NCBI GenBank assembly: GCA_002633005.1
Contig: NMRA01000124.1
Coordinates: 124,001-188,000 of the forward strand
DNA length: 64,000 nucleotides
DNA from: Phoronis australis
Lineage: Eukaryota; Animalia; Phoronida
Reading direction: 5' to 3'
The number at the start of each line of letters is the position of its first letter. Position 1 is the stretch's first letter. Positions 63,533-64,000 of the stretch are shown piece after piece. A program made the translations under genes and the position numbers. Under the pieces are notes generated by a model. That model saw nothing but the letters and a program-made list of their open reading frames with translations, was not told the DNA's origin and did not search any database.

Positions 63533-63938
63533 ATTCCACCATAGAGATCCTATGGAAACAATCGATTCTTCAACTGCACTTGTGTTATGTTTCATGCGTT
63601 CATTCCACCATAGAGATCCTATGGAAACAATCGATTCTTCAACTGCACTCGTGTTATGTTTCATGCGTTCATTCCACCATAGAGATCCTATGGAAACAAT
63701 CGATTCTTCAACTGCACTCATGTTATGTTTCATGCGTTCATTCCACCATAGAGATCCTATGGAAACAATCGATTCTTCAACTGCACTCGTGCTATGTCTC
63801 ATGCGTTCATTCCACCATAGAGATCCTATGGAAACAATCGATTCTTCAACTGCACTCGTGCTATGTCTCATGCGTTCATTCCACCATCATCCTATGGAAA
63901 CAATAAATTCTTCAACTGCACTCGTGCTATGTCTCATG
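63533..63938. repeat. 69-bp tandem satellite, ~6 copies, each with a ccatag-agatc-ctatgg hairpin
   Basis: Units start at 63533, 63602, 63671, 63740, 63809 and 63878; near-identical. Confidence 0.95.
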
Positions 63939-64000
63939 CTCTCATGCCAACTTTTTGTTCTTCTGGGCTTGCGCATTAAAAATGTGAAAGGACTGTATTG

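Noticed and set aside
63479-63906. Repetitive ORFs and CRISPR-like periodicity with hairpins
   Set aside because: Units are contiguous 69-mers with no unique spacers and no cas genes; the ORFs arise because the unit length is divisible by 3

Overview
Eukaryotic, AT-rich, intron-rich animal (probably invertebrate bilaterian) genomic DNA with two N-gaps (46749-47447, 53186-53829). It holds two divergently oriented spliced genes. (1) Minus strand, ~1.7-20.9 kb: a calpain-5/6 (TRA-3/PalB class; CysPc-C2L-C2) gene. Ten coding exons join in frame with canonical GT-AG sites (536 codons); the last exon was not found and probably lies left of the window. The active site is dismantled: catalytic Cys->Ala (QGEYGNAWF), catalytic His->Tyr (GLLLGYGY) and cleft Gly-Gly->Tyr-Val, with Asn kept. 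This is an intact-looking pseudo-protease. One exon expected in the C2L domain was not found. (2) Plus strand, ~33/43.7-61.7 kb and continuing: an NPAS1/3 / trachealess bHLH-PAS gene with eight clear exons, two candidate alternative first exons and a notably divergent PAS-B domain. Introns and intergenic DNA contain non-autonomous DNA transposons (pogo-like TA, Kolobok-like TTAA, Harbinger-like), a 451-bp foldback MITE with a 5-bp TSD, micro/minisatellites, and two Helentron-associated (HINE/DINE-1-like) families nested reciprocally inside each other, one carrying arrays of CTCF-like motifs. No prokaryote-type systems, CRISPR arrays, rRNA or convincing tRNA genes were seen. All calls come from reading the sequence by eye; no database searches were run.
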